Positions 1 through 12,874 of a DNA stretch of 64,000 nt are shown here, piece by piece; the stretch's first letter is position 1, and every line of letters begins with the position of its first letter. The stretch is from NCBI GenBank assembly GCA_051294375.1, contig CM119270.1, forward strand, positions 3,528,554 through 3,592,553. The letters run 5' to 3'. The notes beneath the pieces were generated by a model. That model was given only the letters and a program-made list of their open reading frames with translations. It made no database searches and had not been told where the DNA came from. Both the position numbers and the translations under genes were made by a program. This DNA is from Paraspadella gotoi (Eukaryota > Animalia > Chaetognatha).

Positions 1-1518
1 TATCTCTATCTCTATTTCTAATCAATCTCTCTATTTCTAATTTAATATCTCTCTCCATTTTCTAATCTATCTCTCTATTTTCCTTAGTCTCTATTTATAT
101 CTTTGCTCTATTTTCGTTTAAAAAAGAAGCCAAAAAAAAAATGCTTTTTTCTTCTTATTTTTTTTTGCTCAGTCAATAGCGACTAGAAATTGCGACGATT
201 TTTTTCTTAACAAAAGAAATGCGATTGAATTTTTAAACATGTAAACATGGAAAATCGGAGCCCTTTTCTCACGAATCGAAAAATTGTTATGTTATAATGG
301 TACAGCTGATAAAAAGCTAATAAACAGCCTGAATAAGACAGCCAATAAAAAGTAAATATAACGTTTAAAATCTGTGAAATTATTTGATTTTTTTTTTAAT
401 TCACTAAGGAAACAGAAAAAAGATAAACAAAAAAACCATTTCACAAATATTTGAAAATGAAACGAAAAAAAGAAAAACGTCAATTGAACGCTTAACAATG
501 GATGATGATCGGATCGGAGTCAAAGTCAAAGACTGACTGTGAATGCATGACATGACATGAAGCGGCCGTCGAAGAAACGACGACTAGAAACGGAATGTCC
601 AAACCAACCGGACTAAAATCTGCCCATTTTTTTTGTCTCCTTTTTTATTTTCTTAGTTTTGGCGCGGTGTGCTCTGAAAGTGAACTGACGGTGGAAGAAA
701 TAGTAAGAAATTATATCGAACTGAAAATAAAATAAATATCACATTATGTTTACATATCGTCAAGTTTCGGCTTCTTTAAAACTAAACAAACCATACAAAG
801 TTCGCTAAGTTATACATTTTTTATTAGCGATTAGCGTACTCAACCTATGCAGTGGGTTCACCTTGTTTAATTTAGAAAAAATATATTATTTAAACATTTT
901 TTTACAAAATTGATTCGAAAAAAGTACTGATTTTATGAAGAAAATAAAAATGGAATCCTTTTACATAATTAAAATACGCCAATTAATTAGTATTTACGAG
1001 AAAAGAAAGTTGTATTTAAATATTAAATAATAAATTGGATCTCGATAACAAATACGCGACAATGAGTTAAAAATATTTCTTTGGTCTTTAGATCTTTTAA
1101 ACCTTCCCAAAATAAAGCGAATGGACACAAAGCCTATTTATATAATTTACTAGTATAATATTTTATTTGACTAATAAGAAAACCCCCAACATTGAGGTTC
1201 TCATCCGCTTTTAAATTCCTTTCGTAAAATCAAGAGCTACTAAATCTCTCATAATTAATTTCGTCTCACCACAGTATCGTACAGTATCGTACAGTATCGA
1301 ACAGTATCGAACGTATCGAACGGTAATCGAATCGGATTCCAAGGCGTCGAAAGCTTCCATCGGTCGATCCGCGCGTTTTCGGCGTGTGTCCGCGTTTCTT
1401 ATTTTCCGGAGGCGAAGAACCCAGCCGCTCTCATTCACGGGCAACCTGACCCCCCCCCAAACTCGCTCCCAATCGCCTCGTCCCCCCCTCCTCCCCCCTC
1501 CATCTCTCCCCCCCCATT

Positions 1519-1646
1519 TTCGTTCCAATATCTTGAAGCCGAGTTGTCCAAGAGCCAGAGACCATCGCTTGACCGTATCGGCGCGAAACTTGGAGGCAGT
1601 TGACGCGGGATTCGTGCCCGTTGTTCGATCGGTTGATTGAGGTGAA
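1519..1646 (-). CDS. G-beta last coding exon (WD7)
   Basis: Polypyrimidine/CAG acceptor at 1647-1649, then [21 protein letters not shown]..KIWN with indels; compare GNB1 [31 protein letters not shown]. Stop position is approximate. Confidence 0.8.
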
Positions 1647-1942
1647 CTGAGAAGGAAGGAAAAAGGGGGGGGGAAGGTGGCGAGGAATTTGCAAACAGGA
1701 CGACCGGAAATAATCTCTTTTTTGGTATTCAAATTAAATTTAATTATTATTTTTTTCTTTTAATTATTTATTTTTATTGAATTCAATTCATCTAATCTTA
1801 TATTACTTTAATTTATTTTTTGTATCAATCTTTTTTATTATTTATTTTTTGTATCAATCTTTTTTTGACATTTTTTATTTATTATTTTTATTTATTTATT
1901 ATTTTATTTATTTATTTATTTATTTCTTATTTATTTTTGTAT

Positions 1943-1977
<35 letters not shown>

Positions 1978-4900
1978 TTGTTTATTTATTTATTTATTTA
2001 TTATAATAATCTCTATTCTTATTTCAATCTTCGGATCTGACCGATTGTCATGTCCGGCGGGAACGTTCCCAGCCCACGGATATCAGCCGTTGTCCACCGG
2101 CGAAGAGAATGGAACCAGATTTGAAAAGTCGATGGTCATTCATGACCCCCTGAAGCCTCGTCCTGGGTCTCCGACGGGTAGGTTCGCCATCCGCACTGGG
2201 GAGAGGTAAGGTTGAGTCAAAAACTCGGCGGATTAGAAAGGCGAGAGTAAGGCATTTGAGGAAAGATTGTTGCCCGATAAATAATTGAAAAAGTCGATCA
2301 ATAAAAAATTATTTACTTTTACGAATATAAATTAGAGACGGAAATAAAATACCAAATTATTCTAGTCCAAAATAAGGGACACAAAATAGCTTATTTTAAA
2401 TAGATAATTTAATATTCAATTTTATTAAAAAGTTTTTCACATGGACCTTTTGTTTAATTTGTTCAAAAACTCCGCAATATCCGCTAGAAGCGCCAGGCAA
2501 TGTTCACGGCTGATCCGCTCGGAGGTCGAACAAAGAGACAACCGCCTCGCCGCTCGCCGCCCTCGGCCGCTGCCGTCGCGAGCCGCTGGCGGAAGGCGAA
2601 ACCCGCTGGATGCAAACTGTCAAGAAAACCAGGGACGTCTTGTCAAGTTGTTAAAGTTTAAACCTTGTGATATTGATGATATTTATGATAATAATATTTA
2701 ACTGGATAAACTTTCGCTTACGGCCACGCTGTTGGTACGTCCCCGCCAAAAGTCTCAAAGGATTGTTTGGCAGCGTCCGTCCGAAACGTCCCAGATCTGA
2801 TCGTTTGTATACAGAATTAAAAATCATTTTTTTAAGTATATATAATAAATATAATAAGTAAATTACGGCTTTTGACCAAATTAATGCGTAGTTGTAAAAG
2901 AGAAATTGTAATAATGCATTGAGTTACAAGCAACTGCTATCCCTTGCAATATTTATCACAAAAGCGCCAGTAATCATTGTTCTTCCGTCTGTTGACAACG
3001 CGATCGTCATTACGTCGGCCTCGTGAACCTGGATATCAAAAACAAAACATTATTACCAATTGATAGATTATTCTATTGTTCTATTCTTTAATTAATTACT
3101 ACTGAAAATGAAAATCAGGAAATCATTTTATTAATGTTTCAAGGAGAAAAAAAAAATCGATCATCAACGAATGAATTAAGTTTATTAAAACTACTGTTAA
3201 AAAAAAAAGAAGAATTAAATTAACATTGAACAACTGATGGATTAAAAAAAAAAGGCTGAACGTCCGTCCGTGAGACTCGTGACGCCCCGTGACGTTCTTG
3301 ACGTGACCGACCTGTGAATTCTTGGTGATTCTCCGGCGGCCGCCGTCGAGTGTCCAGACTCAGGGACAGTGAGCTTGGCGGAATAATGGGATGTGGTCGC
3401 CCGACGCCCGTCATCGATCTCTTATCCCCGTTGAGAAATGGCAACTCGACAAGTACCGTGTGACCCTGGAGAGAGAGAGAGGGGGCGGAAGAGGGGCGGG
3501 AAAGATGGAGCGGAGAGGGAAAAGAGGGAGAGGAAGATGAGAGGAGAGGAGAGAGAGGAGAGAGAGAGAGGCAGAGAGAGAGATGGGACAATGAAATATT
3601 CAACTATTACAAGTTACAAGGCTTTAAATTTTCCGACTTGAATTTAAATTTTTTTTTAACTATACGAAGTATTTTTATTTTTAATGTAATAAACGATAAT
3701 GAAGAAGAAAATGATGTCCACGAGATAAAAAATGAAAAGGAAATTGAGACGAAAATGAATGCAAATGAAAGACTTGATTAGCCAGGTCTCATTTTGTTAA
3801 GATGAATATGATTTACTTTTAAACATCGGCCACAATTCTTGTTAATTTTCTTTTTGTCATTTTTTTCGATTTTCTTTAAGATTTAAAAAAAAAAGTAGAC
3901 TATAGAGAGAGAGAAGAGAGAGAGGAGAGAGAGGAGAGCATGATGAGGAGCGAGACGAGAGGAGAGAGAGAGAGAGGAGAGAGAAAGGGGGAGAGAGAGA
4001 CTGCATCTGTCCGTCAAGGGCTGAATATTTATGGCATAGAGAGGGGATTTGTAATCGCAGGGGGTGGTGAGAGAGAAAAGAGAGAGAGAGAGAGAAGAGA
4101 AGAGAGAAGAGAGGAGACTGAGAGGAGAGAGGAGAGAGAGAGAAAGAAGAGGAGAGAGAGGAAAAACATATAAAAAGCGAAAATCGATAACTAATCCAGA
4201 AAAAACTTCCTCTTTTTCTTTTTTTGTTTTTTTTTTTTTTTCTTTCACCTGCAGCCGACATTGTTCCCGCTGCGCTGATCCGTCGGGCGCTGGCATCAAC
4301 GAATAATAGGCTGCAGCAGTTATCGAGTCTCCTTGCAGCGACGCGAGACCGCCGGTTGGAGGCGAAGGCGCAGCACATTGACCCACGAGTTTTGGTAGGG
4401 GAATTTGCGTTTTTACCCTTAAAAACAAAGGACTAAGTCAGTGTAGTTGGAGCTAAATTAGCGAATGTTAAAATAAAAAAAAAACTTTAGCAAATATCTC
4501 TATAAAACTTCCCTTGTTTACTTATGCCGCCGAAATTCTTAATTAAATTTAAACACGCATGACAGAATAGAATTCGACTAACTTATAATAACAACTGATT
4601 AATTTTAGGGGAAGTGCTGCAGTATGGAGTTTCTTTTTTCGAATGAATTCAATACCTCTATAATAACACTATCTCGTTAAAATACGATCGCTTTTAATGT
4701 ACTAAGTTTTTTTTTTCTTTAATAATTGGCAAGCAGAGGCTTCTTGAAAATATATTTTATATTAGAATAATTCAATAAGTTGAGAAAAAAGCGATAATGC
4801 TATGCCTTCCTCACTCGGAGTTACTTTTCCTCGCATTTCCTCTGACTTCACTTTCACATAAACTCACCTTGTTTCCCTCGTCATGGGCGTCCACACCAAA

Positions 4901-6845
4901 AGTTTTCCGTACTGGAGCATGCTGACACAATATTGGCGGGCTGGAAAGGAGAGGAAAAAGAAAAGGGGAAAATGAAGAGAGTGAGAGATGAAGAGGCAGG
5001 GAAGCGGAGGGAAGATGGAGAGGAGGGAGAGGAGATGCGAGGGAGCGAAGAGATGAAGACGAGGAAGAAGGGAGGGGGGAGGAAGATGGGAGGGAGCGAG
5101 AGATGAAGAGGAGGAAAAGGGAGGGGGAGGTAGAGAAAGAAAGGGAGACGTGTAGGATAAGAGAGAGGAAGGTGCAAAACAGGAAAAGTAGGAGAAATAG
5201 GGAGAGAAGAGAAGAGAGAGAGAGAGAGAAGAGAGAGAAGGAGAGAAGAGAGAGAGAGAGAGAGAGAGAAAAGGAGAAGAGAGNNNNNNNNNNNNNNNNN
5301 NNNNNNNNGAGAGAGAGAGAAAGTGAGAAAAAGAGAGAGAACGAGAGTTGAAAAAAGAAGAGAGAGAGTTGTTCGAAGAGAGAATTATAGTCTCAAAGGT
5401 GAAAAGAAATCTTTTTTTCAAAATGGCGGTCATCGACGCGACTCGTCAGCGACATCTACGAGTTCTTGAGTCCTTGAAAACAACAACGACAAACCATAAC
5501 AACAACAAGGAAACAAAATTGCAATCGCCATTAACGAGTTTGATGTTAGGACGAATCGCGACGCCTTATCTCTTTTCTTTCCTCATTTGCAATTGACTTC
5601 GAGGCGATTTGACTACATATGCAAATTTGCAATCGCGTCTAAGAGCAACATCAAAGATCCCATGTAGATGAATAACTGAAAAAAAAACTGCAACGACGAC
5701 AACAACGACAATAAAAAATAACAATAACAGCGATAATGAAAATTAAAACATCAACGACGACAACAACATCAATAAAAAAAAACAATAACAACAATCACAA
5801 AAACAACTACAGTATCAATAACAATAAAAATATCAATGACGACAACAACATCAATAACAACAATACAATAACAACAATGACAGCAACAATAACAATAAAA
5901 GAAACAACGACGACAACGACAACAACAACAACATATCTAACAATGCAAACAACCACAATAACAGCAACAACAACGACGACAACTCTCACCTTCCATCCCC
6001 CGCCCACTGGAGAGCGTAGACTTTGGCCAAATGTCCTCGCAGAGTTTTTTGGCATTTGTATTTTTTGGTCGGGAGGGCGGCCCATCGACCGCGACCTGGG
6101 TGAGTTCGGTCGAGCGGGGTCGGGAGTGGGTGAGGAAGGTGGGAGGGGCAAGGAAGGGTAAGGAAGGAAAAAGAAAAGAAAAAGAAAAAAAGAAGAACAA
6201 AGAAAAGTAGAAGGAAAAGAAAAGTAAAATGAAAGTGAATAAAAAAGAGAGAATAGATGAGGTAAGGGAGAAAGGTAAGTAAGTCCGTGATCTACAGAAC
6301 CCATTTTTAGATCAACGTAAACTTTAGTAATTTGATTGCAAATGCTTTTAAAAATCGTTATAAATAATTCAAAATTGCGCATATTGCGAGCGAATAGTTT
6401 GAAAACTCTCACTCTCTCTCTCTCTCTCTCTCACTCCCTCTATCTCTAACCCTCTTCAACATAGCTTTGAGTCCGTCGACATCTTTGACCTTTTCTTTCT
6501 TCTTCTTCTCTATCTCTCTCTCTCTCTCTTCTCTCTCTCACTCTCTTTCTCTCTCTCTCTTCTCTCTCTCTCTCTTGCCTCTCATCTCTCCTCTTCTCTC
6601 TGTTCTCCTCTCTCTCCTCTCTCTCCTTTCTCTCTCTATCTACCCAATCACATTAAGCCTTTGAGCCGTCGACATCTCTTGACCATTTTCTCATCTCTCT
6701 CTCTTCTCTCTCTCCCCTCCCCGCTCCTCCTCCCTCCTAATTTTCCCGCCTACCACCCTCTCTCTCTCTCTCGTCTCTCTCTCTCTCTCTCTCTCTCTTA
6801 CCCCTCACTCAACATAAGCCTTGAGTTCCCGTTCGAAATCTCTGA

Positions 6846-6893
<48 letters not shown>

Positions 6894-8008
6894 CTCTCTT
6901 CTCTCTCTCCTCTCTCTCTCTCTCTCCTCTTCTCTTCCTCTCTCTCTCTCTCCTCTCTCTCCTCTATCTTACCCTCATCAACATAAGCCTTGAAGTCCGT
7001 CGGACATCTCTGGACCTTTTTTGCTCTCTTCTTCGATTTTGTGTTTTAGTTCTTTCACTTTCACTTCCTCCTTCGTCCAACTGTTCCGCCTCCGGAGAGA
7101 GGAGAGAGAGAGGAGAGCGAGAGAGAGAGAGAGAGAGAGACAGGGAGGGAAGAGATAAAAGAGAGAGAGCAGGAGATTGTCATGAGCGAGGAGACAAGAA
7201 CGGGAAGAGAACGTGTGGAGAGCACGACCCACGGAAGAGAAGTGAGAGGAGAGATAGTGAGAGAGAAAGAGAGGATGAGTAGAAGAGCAGATGCCCGAGG
7301 ATCTGTCCATAAATGAAGTAAAACGCAGAAGACATATAGAAAAAGAAAACAGAAAAGAAAAATAAAAAGAAAAAAAAAACGATGTGGGAGGAGAGATGCT
7401 GATCGAGGACTTATGGAAAAGTACAGATAGTCAAGCCCCACTGCGACGAAGAGAAGACGAGCAGGAGAAGAAGAGGACGACCGGGGGAGTGAGCGAGGAT
7501 GGGATGGCCTTGCGGGGGAGGATTGAAGTGAGAGAATGATCAGCATATTGCACATGGCCACGAGCGACAAGAGTTAACATCACCGGAATCTGACATAATG
7601 GGAAGGTAATCTGGGAGCGAAGTCGGGTGGGGACGTCAGTGGAAGAAAGCCAGAAGAGTATGATGCAAGGGAGATTAGGTCTGGAGGGAATAGGAACTTA
7701 AGTTCTGCCGTGCGTATGCTCGACGGATCTTGAGAGCTGGAGTATACGCTGATACGTACGGAGTGTTGATGAGGATCGCGGGGGGAGGGACGATCTGGAG
7801 AACCGAGGACACGAGAAGAGAGAACGAGCGAGAGAGAGGAAATTTTTGTTCTTTGTTTATGACCCCCAGAAAAAATATTATTGACTTTCATGCGAAGTAT
7901 ATACTTTTATACTCTTTCGTCTTAAACATTAGCATTGGTTTTTTTTTTAATTGTTATGATTATTTAAAAAAAAGCTCAATACTCAACGTTTTCTGCCAGA
8001 TCTGCCAT
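1519..8008 (-). CDS. G-protein beta subunit (WD40) gene, divergent; ~11 coding exons, frameshifted in this assembly
   Basis: Successive minus-strand exons give G-beta motifs in the correct order after allowing for indels: EAEQL..[141 protein letters not shown].. IWN. Most boundaries are GT-AG. Confidence 0.9.
2042..2195 (-). CDS. G-beta exon (WD6)
   Basis: Reads GVM.[18 protein letters not shown], compare GITSVSFSKSGRLLLAG; ccccag acceptor and gtcag donor. Confidence 0.75.
2508..2616 (-). CDS. G-beta exon (WD5)
   Basis: Reads [11 protein letters not shown]...[10 protein letters not shown], compare [25 protein letters not shown]. Confidence 0.8.
2722..2796 (-). CDS. G-beta exon (WD4/5 junction)
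   Basis: cag|ATCTGGGACGTT gives IWDVRTDAAKQSF...NSVA, ending at a gtaagc donor. Confidence 0.75.
2943..3028 (-). CDS. G-beta exon (WD4)
   Basis: Reads (G)[21 protein letters not shown].DKYCK, compare [28 protein letters not shown]. Donor is garbled. Confidence 0.75.
3312..3465 (-). CDS. G-beta exon (WD3)
   Basis: ctccag|GGTCACACG gives GHTGYLSSCHFL..DK..TGSGD..QEFTG with indels; second copy at ~9228-9350. Confidence 0.7.
4249..4417 (-). CDS. G-beta exon (WD2)
   Basis: Consensus with the second copy (~10008-10158) reads [30 protein letters not shown]. Confidence 0.8.
4868..4940 (-). CDS. G-beta exon (WD1 C-terminal half)
   Basis: Noisy copy of the clean exon at 10575-10641; AAG|gtgagt donor. 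Confidence 0.75.
5284..5308. other. Assembly gap (25 N)
   Basis: Run of 25 n. Confidence 1.
5990..6095 (-). CDS. G-beta exon (WD1 N-terminal half)
   Basis: Reads ..KIQ..[19 protein letters not shown] then AG|gtgag, compare [26 protein letters not shown]. Confidence 0.8.
6973..7091 (-). CDS. G-beta N-terminal coiled-coil exon
   Basis: Noisy copy of the clean exon at 12484-12598. Confidence 0.65.
7988..8008 (-). CDS. Putative G-beta start exon (MADLAEN)
   Basis: ATGGCAGATCTGGCAGAAAAC|gttgag; phase 0 fits the EAEQL exon; identical in the second copy (12817-12837). Donor is weak. Confidence 0.45.
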
Positions 8009-8014
8009 CGTCGC

Positions 8015-8045
<31 letters not shown>

Positions 8046-8159
8046 TCTTGGAAATGTCGATGCCTCTCGGTTTCAGAGAAAAGCTGCCATGTTTCGTCTT
8101 CACGGAAAAACCTTTAAGAGAGGATGAAATTGCGAAGTTGAAGAGGAGAACGTGGAGAG

Positions 8160-8879
8160 AAGGAAAGGGAGGAAAGGAAAGGGGAGGAAAGGAAAAGGGA
8201 GGAAAGGAAAAGGGAGGAAAGGAAAGGAAAGAGAAGAGAAGGAAAGGAACGGAAAGGAAAGGAAAGAGAAGGAAAGGAAAGGAAAGAGAAGGAAAGGAAA
8301 GAGAAGGAAAGGAACGGAAAGGAAAAGAAAGAGAAGGAAAGGAAAGGAAAGGAAAGGAAAGGAAAGGAAAGGAAAAAAAAGAAAAGGAAAGGAGAGGAAA
8401 GAGAAGGAAATGAAAGAAAAGGAAAGGAAAGGAAAAAGAAGGAACAGAAAGTAACAGAGGAAAAGAAAGAAAGGAAAGGAATAAGAAGGAAAGGAAAGGA
8501 GAAAGGGAAAAAAAAGAAAGGAAGAAAGGAAAGGAAAGGAAAAGAGAAGGAAAAAGGAACGGAAAGGAAAGGAAAGGAAAGGAAAAGAGAAGGAAAGAGA
8601 AGGAAAGGAAAGGAAAGGGAAAAAGAAAAAAAACGGAAAGGAAAAGGAAAGGAAAAAGGATAGGAAAGGAAGGAAAAGGAAAGAGGGAACGGAAAGTACA
8701 GGAAGGAAAAGAAAGGAAAGTCAAGGAAAGAGAAGGAAAGGAAAAAGGAAAAGAAAGGAAAGAAAAGAAAAGGAAAGGAAAAAAAAGGAAGGAAAGGAAA
8801 GGAAAAAAGGAAGAGAGGGAAAGGAAAGGGAAAAAAGGAAGGAAAGGAAAGAAAGAAAGGAAAGGAAAGAAGGAAAGGG
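8160..8879. repeat. Purine-only (GGAAA/AAAG) low-complexity tract; second copy at ~12985-13740
   Basis: Degenerate ggaaa repeats that account for the long F/L/S/P and K/R/E/G ORFs. Confidence 0.95.
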
Positions 8880-8904
8880 NNNNNNNNNNNNNNNNNNNNN
8901 NNNN
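8880..8904. other. Assembly gap (25 N) at the duplication junction
   Basis: Run of 25 n. Confidence 1.
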
Positions 8905-10574
8905 TCACAGCCCGTATATTGTTCTCCGTCTGTTGACAACGCGATCGTCATTACGTGGCTCGTGACTGGAATCAAAACAAAAACATTATTACCATTTGAT
9001 AAGATTATTCTATTGTTCTATTCTTTTAATTAATATACTAAAATGAAAAATCAGGAAATACTTTATTAATGTTTCAAGAGAAAAAAAAATCGATATCAAC
9101 GAAAATTAAGTTTATTAAACTACTGTAAAAAAAAAAGAATTAAATTAACATTAACAACTGAGGATTAAAAAAAAAGGTGAACGTCGTCCGTGAGACTCGG
9201 ACGCCCGTGACGTTCTGACGTGACGACCTGTGAATTGGCTGATTCCCGCGGGCGCCGTCGATGTCAGAGTCTGCAGTGTGGGTGCCCGACCCGTCATATC
9301 TGCTTATCCCGTGAGAAAATGGCAATCGACAAGTACGAGTCTTGGTGACCCTGGAGAGAGAGAGGGGCGGAAGAGGGGCGGAAGAGGAGAGGGAGAGAGG
9401 AGAGAGAGAGGAAGGAGAGGAGAGAGAGAGGAGAGAGAAAAATGCAATGGAAATATTCAACTTACGTACAGCTTTTAAATTTCCGACTGAATTTTAATTT
9501 TTTTTAACAAGTATTTTTTTTTGAATGAATAAACGAAATGAAGAAGAAAATGATGTCACGAGATAAAAAAATGAAAGGAAATTGAACGAAAATGATGCAA
9601 ATGAAAGACTTGATTACCAGGTTCATTTGTTATATGATATATGATTAAACATCGGCACACATTCTTGTTTAAGTTCTTTCTTTTGTTCATTTTTCGATTT
9701 TTCTTTAAGATTAAAAAAAAAAGAGACTTAGAGAGAGAGAAGAGAGAGAAGAGAGAGAGAGAGAGAGAGGAGAAGAGAGGAAAGAGGAGGAGAGAAGAAG
9801 AGAGAGACGATCTGTCTCGTGTGTTGAGATTTATGCATAGAGAAGGAGTTTGTTAATCGCCAGGGTGAGAGAGAGGAGAGAGAAGAGAGAAGAGAGAGAT
9901 AGAGATAGAGAGAGAGGAGAGAGAGAAGAGAGAGAAGAGAGAAGAGAGAGAGAAAATATAAAAAAGGAAATCGAACTAATCAGAAAAACTTCCTCTTTTT
10001 CTTCTACCTCAGCGACATGTTTCCCGTGCGCTTGATTCCGTCGGGTGCAGCAACGATAACGCTGCAGCAGTTATCGAGTCCTCCTGCAGCGACGCAGCCG
10101 CGTTGGAGGCGAAGGCCAGCACATGACCCAACGAGTTTTGTAGGGGGATTGCGTTTACCTTAAAAACAAAGGACTAGTCAGTTAGTTGACTAAATTAGGA
10201 ATGTTAAATATAAAAAAAACTTAGCAAATATCTCTAAAACTTCCTTGTTATTGCGCAAATCTTATTAAAATTTAAACACGCATGACAGATAGAATTCGAC
10301 TAACTTATAATACAACTGATAATTTTAGGGGAAGTGGCTGCAGTATGAGTTTCTTTTTTTCGAAAGAATTCAATACCTCTTATAATACACTATCTCGTTA
10401 AATACGATCGTTTAATGTACTAAGTTTTTTCTTTAATAATTGCCAAGCAGAGCTTCTTGAAAATATATTTATTAGAATAATTCAATAAGTTGAGAAAAAA
10501 AGCTGATATGCTATGCTCCTCACCTCGGAGTTTACTTTCCTCGATTCCTGACTTACTTTCACATAGTAACTCAC

Positions 10575-10641
10575 CTTGTTTCCCGTCATGGCGTCCCACA
10601 CCAAAAGTTTTCCGTCCTGAGATGCTGATACAATATGGCGG
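10575..10641 (-). CDS. G-beta exon, clean copy: [23 protein letters not shown]
   Basis: ttttcag acceptor, 67 nt open frame, AAG|gtgagt donor; matches GNB1 [23 protein letters not shown]. Confidence 0.85.
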
Positions 10642-10882
10642 CTGAAAAGGAAAAAAAAAGGGGAAAAATGAAGAGAGTGAGAGATGAAGAGGAGGGGAAG
10701 GGAGGAAGAGGAGAGGGGGGAGGAGATGCGAGGAGCGAGATATGAAGAGGAGAAGAAGGGAGGGGGGAGGAGATGGAGGAGCGAGAGATGAAGAGGAGAA
10801 GAAGGGAGGGGGAGTAGAAAGAAAGGAGACGTGTAGGATAGAGAGAGCAAGGTGCAAAACAGGAAATAAGTAGGTTAGAGAA

Positions 10883-10960
<78 letters not shown>

Positions 10961-12097
10961 TGAGAAAAAGAGAGAGACGAGAGTTGAAAAAAGAAGAAGA
11001 GAGTTGTCGAAGAGAGATTATAGTCTCAAAGGTGAAAAGAAATCTTTTTTTCAAATGGGGTCATCGACGCGACTCGTCAGCGACATCTACGAGTCTTGAG
11101 TCCTTTGAAAACAACAACGACAAACCATAACAACAACAAGGAAACAAAATTGCAATCGCCATTAACGAGTTTGATGTTAGGACGAATCGCGAACGCTTAT
11201 CTCTTTTTTTCCTTTGCAATTGACTTCGAGGCGATTTGACTACATATGCAAATTTGCAATCGCGGTCTAAGAGCACATCAAAGATCCCATGTAGATGAAT
11301 AACTGAAAAAAAAACTTGCAACGACGACAACAACGACAATAAAAATAACAATAACAGCGATAATGAAAATTAAAACATCAACGACGACAACAACATCAAT
11401 AAAAAAAACAATAACAACAATCACAAAAACAACTACAGTATCAATAAAATAAAAATATCAATGACGACAACAACATCAATAACAACGAATACAATAACAA
11501 CAATGACAGCAACAATAACAATAAAAAAAAACAACGACACACGACAACAACAACAAACATATCTAACAATGCAAACAACCACAATAACAGAACAACAACG
11601 ACGACACACTCTCACTTCCATCCCCGCCACTGGAGAGCGTAGACTTTGCCAAATGTCCTCGCCAGAGTTTTTTGGCATTGTATTTTTGGTCGGGGAGGCG
11701 GCCCATCGACCGCGACCTGGGTGAGTTCGGTCAGCGGGGTGGAGTGGTGAGGAAGGTGGAGGGGCAAGGAAGGTAAGGAAGGGAAAAAGAAAAGAAAAGA
11801 AAAAAGAAGAACAAGAAAAGTAAGGAAGAAAGAAAGTAAAATGAAAGTGAATAAAAGAGAGAATAGATGAGGTAAGGGAGAAGGTAAGTAGTCCGTGATC
11901 TAAACAGAACCATTTTAAGATCAAACGTAAACTTTTAAATTTGATTGCAAATGCTTAAAAATCGTTATAAATAATTCAAAATTGCGCATATTGCGAGCGA
12001 ATAGTTTGAAAACTCTCACTCTTCTCTCTCTCTCTCTCACTCCCATCCTATTCTAACCCTCTTCACAAAGCTTTGAGTCCGTCGACATTCTGACTTT

Positions 12098-12141
<44 letters not shown>

Positions 12142-12144
12142 ACT

Positions 12145-12204
<60 letters not shown>

Positions 12205-12251
12205 CTTACCCTCATCAACATAAGCCTTGAGTCGTCGACATCTCTGAACCA

Positions 12252-12315
<64 letters not shown>

Positions 12316-12364
12316 TCTCTTCCTCTCAAACATAACCTTGAGTCCTCGACAATCTTCTGACCTT

Positions 12365-12413
<49 letters not shown>

Positions 12414-12427
12414 TCTTCTCTCTGTCT

Positions 12428-12468
<41 letters not shown>

Positions 12469-12483
12469 TTCTCTCTATCTTAC

Positions 12484-12598
12484 CCTCATCAACATAAGCC
12501 TTGAGTCCGTCGACATCTCTGACCTTTTTTCTCTCTTCTTCGATTTTTGTTTTTAGTTTCTTCACTTTCACTTCCTCCTCGTCCAACTGTTCCGCCTC
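12484..12598 (-). CDS. G-beta N-terminal exon, clean copy: [38 protein letters not shown]
   Basis: ctccag acceptor, 115 nt open frame, G|gtaaga donor; EAEQL as in the G-beta N-terminal helix. Confidence 0.7.
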
Positions 12599-12599
12599 C

Positions 12600-12697
<98 letters not shown>

Positions 12698-12843
12698 AAT
12701 TGACCCAAAATATTTGACTTCATCGAAGTTTACTTATAACTCTTTCGTCTTAAACATTAGCATTGGTTTTTTTTTTAATTGTTATGATTATTTTAAAAAA
12801 AAGCTCAATACTCAACGTTTTCTGCCAGATCTGCCATCGTCGC

Positions 12844-12874
<31 letters not shown>

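Larger units (their letters stand above)
8905..12837 (-). other. Second, partial copy of the G-beta gene (exons 1-7); probable assembly duplication
   Basis: Collinear with ~2965-8008 including introns, starts immediately after a 25-N spacer, and differs mainly by scattered 1-bp indels. Confidence 0.8.

Noticed and set aside
3255-3311. Sequence resembling an extra WD start (GH..DVTGVS) after QEFTG
   Set aside because: It follows a phase-1 donor (ACAG|gtcggt) and the next exon supplies GHEADVM, so it is intronic.
7140-7830. ~700-bp unique-looking segment present only in the first G-beta copy
   Set aside because: It replaces a plain (AG)n tract in the other copy, has no ORF or terminal repeats and lies in noisy sequence; most likely a low-quality read segment rather than an insertion.
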